DNA from: a virus
Taxonomy: Duplodnaviria > Caudoviricetes
IMG/VR virus record: IMGVR_UViG_3300027813_002911
Span: 1 to 63,496 of that record
Length of the DNA stretch: 63,496 bases
Direction: 5' to 3' (one strand)
Shown here: piece after piece, positions 39,641 through 49,845 of the stretch
Layout: every line of letters starts with the position of its first letter
How positions within the stretch are numbered: the first letter of the stretch is position 1
Position numbers and translations under genes: made by a program
Notes under the pieces: model-generated
What the model was told of the DNA's origin: nothing
The model's database searches: none
Seen by the model: only the letters and a program-made list of their open reading frames with translations

Positions 39641-40376
39641 ATAAAACCTCACTTATATTTATACAACCTTCTTCTGTTGGGTGTCCGTCATTATACTTGT
39701 CTTGCCACTCCGAACCAAAATACATAAAGTTATCATCACTAAAAATTTTATCCATATCAAACACTTCAGATGTTTCTTTCGGTACAACAAAATCTACAAT
39801 CCTATAATTAAATTTATTTACTTCTAAAAAAGATTTTAATGCTAAAATTTTTGAATGAAAATATAGTTTTTGATTTTTTTCCCAATTATCATCATATTTA
39901 ATTAAATTTTTATAAAAGTTAACAAATGACATACAAACTTCATCTAAACCTTTTTTAAGATTTGTACTTTCTCCCTTATCATCTAAATATTGTTTTCGAA
40001 TCTTCACATCTAAATTCATATCATATGGTGATACCAATCTGTTAATACCTATTTTATCTTGAAAATTTGTTTTAGTGTAATCTGACCATATATCTGCTGG
40101 TGTAATGTTTACATTTAAATTTTGAAATGGTATTGAATATCTCGATGACCAAGTTTTTCCAATCACTACAAGAGTATCATTGGAATCTAAGTTACTTAGG
40201 TGAGCAATTGTATTTGTAAAGATAGACTCAAAAGATTGACCATTTACTGCTTTATTAATTTTTTGTAAATTTAATTTTTTACTTAATAATTCAGGCCAAG
40301 AATCCTTTTCTTTTAACTTGTGCCCAGCTGTAAAACTACAACCATTTATGTATATGTTTTTAAATTTTTTCATCAA
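39621..40376 (-). CDS. SGNH/GDSL-like protein
   Basis: NGCSFTAG, SWPELL, DGHPTEEG. Confidence 0.7.
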   Translation of the reverse strand: MMKKFKNIYINGCSFTAGHKLKEKDSWPELLSKKLNLQKINKAVNGQSFESIFTNTIAHLSNLDSNDTLVVIGKTWSSRYSIPFQNLNVNITPADIWSDYTKTNFQDKIGINRLVSPYDMNLDVKIRKQYLDDKGESTNLKKGLDEVCMSFVNFYKNLIKYDDNWEKNQKLYFHSKILALKSFLEVNKFNYRIVDFVVPKETSEVFDMDKIFSDDNFMYFGSEWQDKYNDGHPTEEGCINISEVLYDSFNR

Positions 40377-41727
40377 TAAACCTTTTTAAATCTTCTGGTG
40401 TTCCCATTCCCCACATTTGTTCCTTATCAATATGATAAATTTTTATCTTCTTACCATCTTTAATGGCTTCATTAAAAACTGGGCAAACATAAAATTCATT
40501 ATTGGTTCTGATATCTTTCTCAATCATCTGTTCGGTATATTTTACATAATCACTACCCTTACTATAAAAGTAAATACCCACAGTCGCTATATTACTAATA
40601 GGTTCTTTTTCTGCAACTCGTTCTACAAAACCCTCTTTGTTTAATTTTGCAAAACTCCACTTAGGATGTGATGCAGTAAAAGTTAATATACCACCATCTA
40701 TATCATCTGCAACCATTGAGTACATAAACTCATTACTATCCCACTCAATATACTGGTCTGAATTAGCAATCAATAAAGGTTCATCATTATCAATATATTG
40801 TTTTGCTAATAATGTGGTACACGCTGCACCATCCGTCAGTTCATCTATCTGAACTATTTCGCACTTTGGTGTTATCAATCTTAGAAAGTGATTCAAATTA
40901 TATTTTTCATAATGTTTCTTTTGAACTACATAAATATATGTTGCATCAATGTTTAAACTATCCACAACAACTTGTATCATTGGTTTACCATTCACATCAA
41001 TCATTGGTTTTGGAAAAGTATATCCTGCTTGTTCAAATCTTGAACCTGCTCCAGCCATTGGTATTAATACATTCATGTTACCACCTTGCCATTTTGGGTT
41101 TATCTCATTATTAGATTCGTGTATGTATTTTTTAACTCTATCATAAGTAACATCTTGTGTATCCTTTACTCCACACAATATCCCACCACTCGCCATTGCA
41201 CCTTTTCTACCTATATGTGAATCCTCAATGATTAATGTTTCATTTGGATTAACTTGTGCTCTTAACATACACCTTAAATATATTTCTGAGTTTGGTTTTG
41301 GATTAGTTACATCTTGATTTGAATACATAAAATCAATATACTCAAAGAATCCTTTTCTGATTAATTGTAATTTTGCAGTTTCTCTAATTGAATTAGTAGC
41401 ACAAGCAATTACATATCCCTCAGATTTTAAACTCCTTAATATACCTTGTATTCTACCATCAATACTAAACCCATCTATTATCTGTCGTGTCTTTTCTTGT
41501 TTCAATCTCCAAACACTATCGTGAAGTTCTGTAGGTAACTTCTTATTCTCTGATAATAGGTTTAATTTTTTAGTAGTGGATAACCCATCGTATGTTGATA
41601 GATGTTCCTCGCGTGGAATGGTATATTTTTTATCAATGGATTCAAGTGCTTTATTTAAAGCATTGTAATGTAACTCTCGTGCATCTACTAATACACCATC
41701 TAAATCAAATATAATTAATTTAATCAT
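40360..41727 (-). CDS. HAD phosphatase fused to a sugar-phosphate nucleotidyltransferase
   Basis: FDLDGVL, KPNSE, IIEDS; then PMAGAGSRF...MGTPEDL. Confidence 0.88.
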   Translation of the reverse strand: MIKLIIFDLDGVLVDARELHYNALNKALESIDKKYTIPREEHLSTYDGLSTTKKLNLLSENKKLPTELHDSVWRLKQEKTRQIIDGFSIDGRIQGILRSLKSEGYVIACATNSIRETAKLQLIRKGFFEYIDFMYSNQDVTNPKPNSEIYLRCMLRAQVNPNETLIIEDSHIGRKGAMASGGILCGVKDTQDVTYDRVKKYIHESNNEINPKWQGGNMNVLIPMAGAGSRFEQAGYTFPKPMIDVNGKPMIQVVVDSLNIDATYIYVVQKKHYEKYNLNHFLRLITPKCEIVQIDELTDGAACTTLLAKQYIDNDEPLLIANSDQYIEWDSNEFMYSMVADDIDGGILTFTASHPKWSFAKLNKEGFVERVAEKEPISNIATVGIYFYSKGSDYVKYTEQMIEKDIRTNNEFYVCPVFNEAIKDGKKIKIYHIDKEQMWGMGTPEDLKRFIDEKI

Positions 41728-41743
41728 AACTCACCTGTGTTTC

Positions 41744-42535
41744 TTAGATTCCAAACTTCTCATTTAAATCTTTATATAATTCCTCTGCCCATAACTCGTG
41801 GGCTTTTTCACTTGGATGATACCAATCCCACAACTCATCATCAAAGTTTTCTTCATCAACCATCAAAAAACTACGAAAAGATTTATCTTTTGTAAAAAGA
41901 GGTCTGATTTTAAGATAATATTCAAATGTTGGATTTGTAATATCAATCTCATTCTCTATCTCTACATTACTATACATACCCCCATCCTTGTTTGATTCTA
42001 TCCGTTTCTTTTCATAAAATGCATCAAAGAAATAATGTTTGATTCCTCGATTTTCAAGAAAGGTATGTAATAATAAATTTTGTTGTACATATCTCGTTAC
42101 GTACTCTCCACCTTCCCAAAAATATTTTAAATATAATTTTTTAAACTTATCAATATCTGTTTTGCCTTTTAAATCACCAAACTCCATAGGATAAAAACAT
42201 TTAAATTCACCTTCATAAAAAAAATCTTTTCTCTCTGGTGATGACCAACCAACTATTACAAATAATTCTTCGGAATTATAAGTTTCTAATTGTTCCAATG
42301 TATTTCTTAAAACTCTCCTAACAATTGAATCGTTAGATGAACCAGAATAACTTGTATTCAACACATCAATACCTAATGAGTTTCCTAACTTATGAGGCCA
42401 GACTCTTGGTAACCTATATTGGTCATTATCTGGATGGTCTACTTCCGATAAATTATCACCGAAAAGTTCTGGGTCTACAATATCACCAGCAGTCCAACTA
42501 TCCCCATCACATATAATTAGTTTAATCACTTCCAA
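41744..42535 (-). CDS. SGNH/GDSL-like protein
   Basis: GDSWTAG, GSSND, GWSSPERKDF, HPSEKAH; true start possibly GTG at 42529. Confidence 0.7.
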   Translation of the reverse strand: MEVIKLIICDGDSWTAGDIVDPELFGDNLSEVDHPDNDQYRLPRVWPHKLGNSLGIDVLNTSYSGSSNDSIVRRVLRNTLEQLETYNSEELFVIVGWSSPERKDFFYEGEFKCFYPMEFGDLKGKTDIDKFKKLYLKYFWEGGEYVTRYVQQNLLLHTFLENRGIKHYFFDAFYEKKRIESNKDGGMYSNVEIENEIDITNPTFEYYLKIRPLFTKDKSFRSFLMVDEENFDDELWDWYHPSEKAHELWAEELYKDLNEKFGI

Positions 42536-43379
42536 AATACCCTTCTGGTGTTAACAATTGTTTATGTAAGTACTTCGACCACTCTTGATGCATTTTATAA
42601 GCTGGATGATTATCATCAAATTTTGCCAATCTGTCATTTTCAATCATATCACAAAAATTTTTAAATGAAATTCTTATAAAATGTGAATGATATAATTTCT
42701 TATATTCTTCAAAGATTAATTCCTCGTGTTTTGTACCAGTCGTTATGTTTGAAAGTTCTTCATAAAATTCAAGTGTGCGCTTATCCGGTATTCCTCGTAT
42801 TTTATTTACAAAATATTTTTCATATAAACTTGTATATCCCTCAACTGAACTTTCATAGAAAGCATTGAAAAAATAATGTTTTATACCAAATCCTGTTAAA
42901 AAATTACTTATCAAAAAACATTGTTCAATATATCTGTTTGAAAACTCATCCACACTCCAAAAGTGTTTTACGTATAATTCATAAAATTTTTGTAAGTCTG
43001 GATATATATGTGTTTGATATAATTCTGCAGGTAACATCGTTTCCCATTGATTTCCAGGCCCTCCATAAAAATCTTTTCTTTCTGGTGATGTCCATCCAAT
43101 AACAACTAAAATCTCTTCTGGTTTGTATTCTTCTAATAAGTTCACAACTTCACCTAAAGTTCTTCTAACAATGCCATCATTAGAACTACCAGCAACAGCT
43201 GTATTTTTAATTTTTAAATTTGATAACTCACCTAACATATGTGGCCAAACTTTAGGTAATCTATACGAATCATTTTTGGAGCTATTAATATAAGTAATTC
43301 CATCCGCTTTTAACTTAGGGTCAAGTAAATCCCCCGCAGTCCAACTATCACCTTCACATAGTATTATCTTATAACTCAT
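42522..43379 (-). CDS. SGNH/GDSL-like protein (tandem paralog of the previous gene)
   Basis: GDSWTAG, GSSND, GWTSPERKDF, HPAYKMH. Confidence 0.7.
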   Translation of the reverse strand: MSYKIILCEGDSWTAGDLLDPKLKADGITYINSSKNDSYRLPKVWPHMLGELSNLKIKNTAVAGSSNDGIVRRTLGEVVNLLEEYKPEEILVVIGWTSPERKDFYGGPGNQWETMLPAELYQTHIYPDLQKFYELYVKHFWSVDEFSNRYIEQCFLISNFLTGFGIKHYFFNAFYESSVEGYTSLYEKYFVNKIRGIPDKRTLEFYEELSNITTGTKHEELIFEEYKKLYHSHFIRISFKNFCDMIENDRLAKFDDNHPAYKMHQEWSKYLHKQLLTPEGYFGSD

Positions 43380-44121
43380 TTAATTTCCATTTTTTTATTT
43401 CTTCAAAAACTGATTGAGTATAATATTCTAAATAATTTTTTGATATATATGGTATCTTTTTATTCGTTTGAGTTGATTTTTTTATTACCCACTCTTTATC
43501 TATATTTGGTATAAGTGTACTTAAATATTCACTATCATATTCAAAATCTTCATAAAATATTTTTAAAAATTTGTAATCATTTGTTATCTTACGAATTTGT
43601 TTTATTTCATCAACAAATAATTTTATTGTATATCCTAAAAAATCTATCTCAACTAATCCTGCGGGATAATTAGTTTTTCCGATAGAAACGTCTAATGGTG
43701 GTATTAACCTATCTTTACATTGTTTATGAAACTCTAACATAACCTCATCTGTCCACGATTTTTGTCCAGTTTTAAAATTTCCGCTTGCAATAAACTTTTC
43801 CCACAATGCCATTGATAATAAACAATTAACTTTATTCTTTCTTTCAAGTACCACTATGATATAATCTTCTTTTAATTTATCGAATGTACCCATGTTGTTA
43901 AGTTCTGTAATAGCTTCAGAATCATTTATTAATAATAATCTATATTTTTCAGCAGATTCTAAATATTCACATATATCCCCATCTACTTTTGGGTTATATT
44001 CACTTAGATTTGTTGTGTATTTTTCACCAATACTCAACCAAAGAGTTTCCATTAATTGTGTACCACCAGAACGATAGTGTGATAATATAATAGTACCTTT
44101 TTTATTTGGATTGTAAATCAT
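43369..44121 (-). CDS. Sulfotransferase-like protein
   Basis: SHYRSGGT loop, LERKN...S, YED. Confidence 0.55.
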   Translation of the reverse strand: MIYNPNKKGTIILSHYRSGGTQLMETLWLSIGEKYTTNLSEYNPKVDGDICEYLESAEKYRLLLINDSEAITELNNMGTFDKLKEDYIIVVLERKNKVNCLLSMALWEKFIASGNFKTGQKSWTDEVMLEFHKQCKDRLIPPLDVSIGKTNYPAGLVEIDFLGYTIKLFVDEIKQIRKITNDYKFLKIFYEDFEYDSEYLSTLIPNIDKEWVIKKSTQTNKKIPYISKNYLEYYTQSVFEEIKKWKLNEL

Positions 44122-44548
44122 TTTTATAAAACCCTATATTATCTGAACAAATTCCAGCAATATTTTTTGGTAATTCTTTATAATCTGATGGTAGTACACT
44201 AATGCTTTTATTAGTCATATAACTACTTGATAAAGACCAAAAGTATCCTTTTGATGTTAATGCAACTTCATCGTTATCGTGTGAAAAACAATGTATTTTT
44301 TCATCATCAACCATATGATAAAAAGCATTTATATTTTTTGCGTGACACCATAGTTTTCTATTTTGTAAAAACTCTCGTTTAACTTGGTATTGTGGTTTGT
44401 CGTGTCCTAACCAAAATTGATTATCAATATACCAAACATCTACTTCAACATCAAAACCTTTATCAAGTGCTTGTTGGATATATATTGGGTCGTTCTCACT
44501 TTCCTTAACTCTTCCAAATATATTTCCTCTATGGGATATGTGTATCAT
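44102..44548 (-). CDS. Short glycerophosphodiester phosphodiesterase-like protein
   Basis: ISHRGN, EN, VEVDVW, LGHD, GICSD. Confidence 0.75.
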   Translation of the reverse strand: MIHISHRGNIFGRVKESENDPIYIQQALDKGFDVEVDVWYIDNQFWLGHDKPQYQVKREFLQNRKLWCHAKNINAFYHMVDDEKIHCFSHDNDEVALTSKGYFWSLSSSYMTNKSISVLPSDYKELPKNIAGICSDNIGFYKNDLQSK

Positions 44549-45282
44549 TTAAATACATCCATATTTCTCATTAAAAAATTACAATGGTCTGATAAATCCC
44601 AAACTTTATATAAGTTTTGTGCATTAAAATTAAAATAAAATACCATATTATTTAATTCAGTAGATGTTACTAATTTATCCGTAGATTTTCTATTAACTTT
44701 TATAAATTTCTGTATATCTTCATCTGTATAGTGTATGGTTTCTATCAAACCAGTATTAAACATTGTGTAATCTGAAAAGAAATAATGTGAATCATCAACT
44801 TGTTTAAAATAATTTCCACAACCAAAGTTATATGGTGTTTGTGAATAATCCACTAACTCTCCATCATATGAACCCGTAGTGGTTCTTAAATTGCCATCTT
44901 CATTATATACTGATAATGTAAATGTTTTTGCGTTTACATTATGTTTAACTATAACAAACCAAATATTATGTAAATTGTGTACTGGATATTCGGTGTGTAG
45001 GTTAATTGATACAAACCCAAATTTATTTTCACCTTTGTGTTCATACCAATATTCAAAGTTAATTGCTTCTGGGTCTTGTTGATAACATAACCCATAATGC
45101 ATACCAGGTCTCATCATCAATGAACATGGTTTTTTTGTATTAATTATTTTATCCACTTTAAAACTCATAAAGAAAGTAAAGTCTTTTTGCATTGATTTAC
45201 TTGGTGGTTTAGTGGTTAAATCATATCGTTGAGTAGGTAACACATAAAATGGAGCAGTTTCTCTTATTTTTAATTCACTCAT
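44545..45282 (-). CDS. LamG/concanavalin A-like domain protein
   Basis: Beta-rich; ...FGCGN...FYFNF...WDLS matches the LamG-like inserts of the two GT7 genes. Confidence 0.55.
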   Translation of the reverse strand: MSELKIRETAPFYVLPTQRYDLTTKPPSKSMQKDFTFFMSFKVDKIINTKKPCSLMMRPGMHYGLCYQQDPEAINFEYWYEHKGENKFGFVSINLHTEYPVHNLHNIWFVIVKHNVNAKTFTLSVYNEDGNLRTTTGSYDGELVDYSQTPYNFGCGNYFKQVDDSHYFFSDYTMFNTGLIETIHYTDEDIQKFIKVNRKSTDKLVTSTELNNMVFYFNFNAQNLYKVWDLSDHCNFLMRNMDVFK

Positions 45283-46712
45283 CTAATTATTCTCCCCTGT
45301 TCAGTCATCTCCTTACACATAAACCAAAACTTTTCTAACTCAGGAAATGTTTCTACAAAGTTTGTACCTCTTCTTTTATCGTGTTCTGAAAACATCCTGT
45401 AAAAGTTTTTTCGTTGTTCTAACATTTTTTCTTCATCTCTTGATAATAACCAATCGTGTATTCTTTTTATTTTTTGAACTTCAATATCAGAATATCCAAT
45501 CAACCTTGTTTCAAAATTAGGTGTTGCCATATATTCAGCTAATTGTGTTTGTCTATAAATGGTTTTTGCAAACTGATTAGGTAGAACTTGTACAGATTGA
45601 TGAGCAGGATATCTTAAATAACTTGAATCTAAAAATACTGCCGAGTTCCAATACCTATCAGTAGAACCATAAGTTCTTTTTAAATCATAGATACCATATA
45701 GTAACTTATCATAGTTAGGAACTGATAATGCATTGTATGTTGACATAATTGTTAGATTTACTCTTGGACAACTTTCTAATATCTTATTCATATTATCCCA
45801 AAAACGATTAAACTCTAATCCATTACGTATATACTCTGCTTGTTTACCCCAAGTATCAACTGATGTAAAGATAATAAATTCTTTTACTCTATGTTCATCC
45901 TCAATCCTTTGAATCTTTTCAATAAACTTGTCAATCAATTCATCGGGTACACCCAAATTAGTATTTACAGCAAATTGTAAATTTTTATTTGGATTCTTTT
46001 CTTCAATGATATAATCCATTACTTTCCATGTATCTTTTGATAACAATGGTTCTCCACCTGTGATTCTAAAAGTATGTAAATCACGATATAATTCTGGCCA
46101 CCATTTCCAAAATGCTTCTACATATGGATTATAATCTCTATGATTAATAGGAACTTTATCTTCTGCAATTGCACCTGCGGGGTCATTAAAACCATCACTC
46201 GTAGGATAACCGCCGTGTTCTTTTACTTCGTTCATCCATGTAGATGAATATGCTGGACCACAATAACTACATTTGAAATTACAAGCATTTGAGAACGCAA
46301 CCTCTACGTATCTCGGATTGAAATCTTCTCTCCAATCTGATTTTACAATTTCATCGAAGTGTGGTTTAGACCAACTCTCATTTGATTTAAAAATTCTATC
46401 ACTAAATCTATCTGAATTATCTTCTACATTCCAACAATAATCACATTCTTTAGGTCTACCACCTGTTAACATCTCTCTTCTTCTTTTCTTTTTATATGCA
46501 GTGTTGTGTAGAGCACTTGGATTTCTTTTTATCTCTGCTGCTGAAATTTTATGTGTTCGTGGGTGGTGACAGGAATGATTATGTCCCGTTTGTAATTGTA
46601 GAGTTACTTGTGTCCATTTTGCTAAACACATTCCACATCCTACATTATCTAATTTATCCTTTGTCTCTTGAAAGACTGGATTTTCTCTCACTTGGTCGTC
46701 ATATCCACCCAT
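45279..46712 (-). CDS. Radical SAM protein with N-terminal Cys-rich (twitch-like) region
   Basis: CNFKCSYC, TGGEPLL; N-terminal C...SCHH...ECDYCW. Confidence 0.85.
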   Translation of the reverse strand: MGGYDDQVRENPVFQETKDKLDNVGCGMCLAKWTQVTLQLQTGHNHSCHHPRTHKISAAEIKRNPSALHNTAYKKKRRREMLTGGRPKECDYCWNVEDNSDRFSDRIFKSNESWSKPHFDEIVKSDWREDFNPRYVEVAFSNACNFKCSYCGPAYSSTWMNEVKEHGGYPTSDGFNDPAGAIAEDKVPINHRDYNPYVEAFWKWWPELYRDLHTFRITGGEPLLSKDTWKVMDYIIEEKNPNKNLQFAVNTNLGVPDELIDKFIEKIQRIEDEHRVKEFIIFTSVDTWGKQAEYIRNGLEFNRFWDNMNKILESCPRVNLTIMSTYNALSVPNYDKLLYGIYDLKRTYGSTDRYWNSAVFLDSSYLRYPAHQSVQVLPNQFAKTIYRQTQLAEYMATPNFETRLIGYSDIEVQKIKRIHDWLLSRDEEKMLEQRKNFYRMFSEHDKRRGTNFVETFPELEKFWFMCKEMTEQGRIIR

Positions 46713-48134
46713 TTAAAACCTCACATTTACTATTTGATGCCTATTATAAATATCATCTTTATTAACTATTTCACACTTCATCTGGTGTAATCCATATTCA
46801 TCTTTATCAACATCTATCTCACCTTTTTGCATATGCTTTCTATATATCATTTCATTTCTTGCAGTTGATTTTATATCAGTAAACTTATTATCAACTATAC
46901 CTTCATCTTCGTGGGGCATACATTCCATTGTTCCATATCGTCTATCTGGCACAAGAGTATTCATCAATTGTGATATATCTACTTTCTTAACCTTACCCTC
47001 ATATAAAAATAACTTTCCATGATTATCATACCCACTTAAATCTAATACTTTATTTCCCTTGTATGATTTATCAAAATCATAATGTAAAACTAATTTACTC
47101 TGATGATTATAAATCTTTATGTATGCCAACTCACCTTTAAAGAAGTTTCTCATACTTCCCCATGAGTTTGGTGCGTTCCTACCAATATAAAATGGTTTGG
47201 GTGGATATCGTTTCAATCTATCAACAAGTGGTTGTTCTGTTTGTTGAATACCAAACTTTTCACCATACTCCACATCATTAATATATAACTTTCTATATCC
47301 TTTCCTAACATTAACTTCCAAATTCACCTTACTCCATAAATCAGAATATCTTTTTACCCAACTATGCATATGTTCATTTTTCCAACTCCATAAAGATGAT
47401 GAATATGCTCGTGAGTTATTATAAGCAATATCAAAATCCCAACCTTGTTTACATAATATAGGATACTTTATAAATTGTGAATTATTTCCACCAATTAGAT
47501 ATTCTTCCTCATCTGTTTTTACCTCACCCTTTACCAACATCTCTACCCTAAAGGATTTTGTTGGTACTTCATTTAAAGTAGTACTCGGTGGTATTTCAAT
47601 ATATGTTGTATGTCCATCAAATTCTAAAACTTTTTTATGACCAGGGCCTGGAACTAACTCTGGTTTAAAATATCCCTTTAAATAACATCTCCAAAACAAA
47701 TCATCATCTTCCATACCCCAACCCCAATAATTGGTATGGTATCCATTAACTGCTTCGAATTGTTCTATTGTGAATAACACAACTCCACCAAAGTATTCTA
47801 CATCTCGTAATGTATAATCCCATTGAGATAGATATGTTGCAATTTGTTTTGGTGTTTCTCCTGGATAAGAATAATCAACATCGTCTGCGGGTAACATATC
47901 AACATCATGGAATGCTACATAATCACACCCATCTTCTTTAGCAGCAAGGAATGCTACATTCTTTGTCCCACTTCTATTAAATTGTTTCTTATCTACTTGA
48001 TGTCCAATGTAAATTCTAAAATCAATATCTCGTTCTTTAAAAAACTTTTCTAAATAAGGAACTAAAGTATCTAAGTGTCCTTTCCTTACCCCATCACCTG
48101 TATCTCTATATGGAATACAAATTCCTAACTTCAC
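46713..48134 (-). CDS. GT7 (beta-1,4-galactosyltransferase-like) enzyme with LamG-like insert
   Basis: IPYRD, FNRS, FHDVD, FGGV, NGY, WGWGMEDDDL, then a LamG-like segment. Confidence 0.8.
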   Translation of the reverse strand: MKLGICIPYRDTGDGVRKGHLDTLVPYLEKFFKERDIDFRIYIGHQVDKKQFNRSGTKNVAFLAAKEDGCDYVAFHDVDMLPADDVDYSYPGETPKQIATYLSQWDYTLRDVEYFGGVVLFTIEQFEAVNGYHTNYWGWGMEDDDLFWRCYLKGYFKPELVPGPGHKKVLEFDGHTTYIEIPPSTTLNEVPTKSFRVEMLVKGEVKTDEEEYLIGGNNSQFIKYPILCKQGWDFDIAYNNSRAYSSSLWSWKNEHMHSWVKRYSDLWSKVNLEVNVRKGYRKLYINDVEYGEKFGIQQTEQPLVDRLKRYPPKPFYIGRNAPNSWGSMRNFFKGELAYIKIYNHQSKLVLHYDFDKSYKGNKVLDLSGYDNHGKLFLYEGKVKKVDISQLMNTLVPDRRYGTMECMPHEDEGIVDNKFTDIKSTARNEMIYRKHMQKGEIDVDKDEYGLHQMKCEIVNKDDIYNRHQIVNVRF

Positions 48135-49579
48135 AATGTAACCTTTAAGTCTGTAATGTTCCTTGTTGTTTTTTCACTTATCTCTTCAAAGTGTAAAGTA
48201 GTTAATCCATCAAGTTCTAAGTTAGTTTTATTATTTGTAATATTATTATAATATTTTATCTGATTTAATCTTGTAGAATCAGTTGCCCATGTACCACCTT
48301 TAAATCCAGTGGATTCGTGTTCTAATAATTGAAAAGTACACTTTCTTCTATATGGTTTTATAATTTTTTTATTTTCTAATTCCATTTCTGATTTTGGAAT
48401 ACACTCAAAAGATTTTGCATACATCCTCTGTTCTTTAGGGTTAGCTAAATCAATAATCTTTCCGTGTGAATAATCATAGTCATGGTCAAGTATTATATTT
48501 TTAAAATCATAATATATTTTTAAATTTTCTGCAGAACTATATTGTCCTTGTGATGCTAAATAATTTATACCAAAATTATTATGAATCTCGTGTATCTCAT
48601 TCCCAGCCAATGCTTTATTCCAATAACAAAAATCTTTTACCAAACCACGAAAACTTTTTATATCACTGTCTCGTTTGGGTACACCCGTACCAATATAAAA
48701 AAATTGTGTACTTGGATTATAAATTTTTCGTTTAAGGTTTGTTCTACCAACTTCCACCCCATCTTGATACATAATCAACCATCTATTATGCTTATCATAA
48801 GTAATTGTGATACGTGTAAGTTTTGGTGGTGAATGTTTTGATGTTATGGAATAACATTCTTTAGCTGTATCCCACGTTTCAAATTTATATCGATTGAAAG
48901 AATTATAACTAATGGTTGTGTCCCAACCTGGAATACTAAACACACAATATTCATCGTGGGTTTTATTATAATCTATTACAATATCATCTGGTTTAAAAGT
49001 ACAACTGAGTGTAAAACTTTCTTCCAAATCAATTGTATTCCACCCTTGTAAATAACTTTCTTCTCCATGTAAATATAAACCAGAATTAAATTCCTTTTCT
49101 GTTTGATACACTTCAAAATCAGTACCGAGTTTTTGTTCGGTTAGGCGTAAAAGTAAATCATCATCTTCAAATCCCCAACCCCAAAATTCATTTGAGTATC
49201 CATTTATCCTTTTAAATGCATCGATAGGAAATATAGTAACACCCCCAAAATAAGTGTCAAATACTTCTTGACTTCCACCTTTAAAATTAGTTGCTAAATG
49301 AACGGGTACTTCTGACGGTGAATAATCCACACTAAGTGGTAACATATCAACATCGTGGAATACTACATAATCACATCGTTTCTTTAACGCTTGTTGAAAT
49401 CCTATATTCAATAACTTACCACGATTAAATGGCAAATCATCTGATTGTTCAACTACAATTAAATGATATGAAATATTAGATTTATCAAGGTAACCTGTTA
49501 TAGATTCTTTGAATTTTCTAAGATGAGTCATCCTAAAGATATCTAATCCACGATATGGAACGATAACTCCAAGTTTCAT
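48131..49579 (-). CDS. GT7 (beta-1,4-galactosyltransferase-like) enzyme with LamG-like insert
   Basis: VPYR, FNRGKLLNIG, FHDVD, NGYSNEFWGWGFEDDDL, then a LamG-like segment. Confidence 0.8.
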   Translation of the reverse strand: MKLGVIVPYRGLDIFRMTHLRKFKESITGYLDKSNISYHLIVVEQSDDLPFNRGKLLNIGFQQALKKRCDYVVFHDVDMLPLSVDYSPSEVPVHLATNFKGGSQEVFDTYFGGVTIFPIDAFKRINGYSNEFWGWGFEDDDLLLRLTEQKLGTDFEVYQTEKEFNSGLYLHGEESYLQGWNTIDLEESFTLSCTFKPDDIVIDYNKTHDEYCVFSIPGWDTTISYNSFNRYKFETWDTAKECYSITSKHSPPKLTRITITYDKHNRWLIMYQDGVEVGRTNLKRKIYNPSTQFFYIGTGVPKRDSDIKSFRGLVKDFCYWNKALAGNEIHEIHNNFGINYLASQGQYSSAENLKIYYDFKNIILDHDYDYSHGKIIDLANPKEQRMYAKSFECIPKSEMELENKKIIKPYRRKCTFQLLEHESTGFKGGTWATDSTRLNQIKYYNNITNNKTNLELDGLTTLHFEEISEKTTRNITDLKVTL

Positions 49580-49789
49580 TTATTTATTCTCTGTTGTTTC
49601 TTCTTTTTCACCCACAATTTTGCTGTGAAATTCGAATAAATACCATTGGAGTCTTTCACTCCACTCTGATTTATCGACATCTTCAAACCATATTGTTAAC
49701 GCATCTAAAACATTAGCAATTTTTTCTAATGCCTTTACCTTACGTTCCTCTAATATGATTTGCTCGTTTGTTTTTGCTGTACTAGCCAT
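49580..49789 (-). CDS. Small hypothetical protein
   Basis: 69-aa ORF with GAGG SD. Confidence 0.6.
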   Translation of the reverse strand: MASTAKTNEQIILEERKVKALEKIANVLDALTIWFEDVDKSEWSERLQWYLFEFHSKIVGEKEETTENK

Positions 49790-49835
49790 ATAATAACCTC
49801 ATTGAGTTAGTTTAATTAAAATTGTTATAACATAT

Positions 49836-49843
49836 ATAAATAT
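49836..49843 (-). promoter_or_regulatory. ATATTTAT motif, putative late promoter element
   Basis: Intergenic. Confidence 0.5.
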
Positions 49844-49845
49844 AA

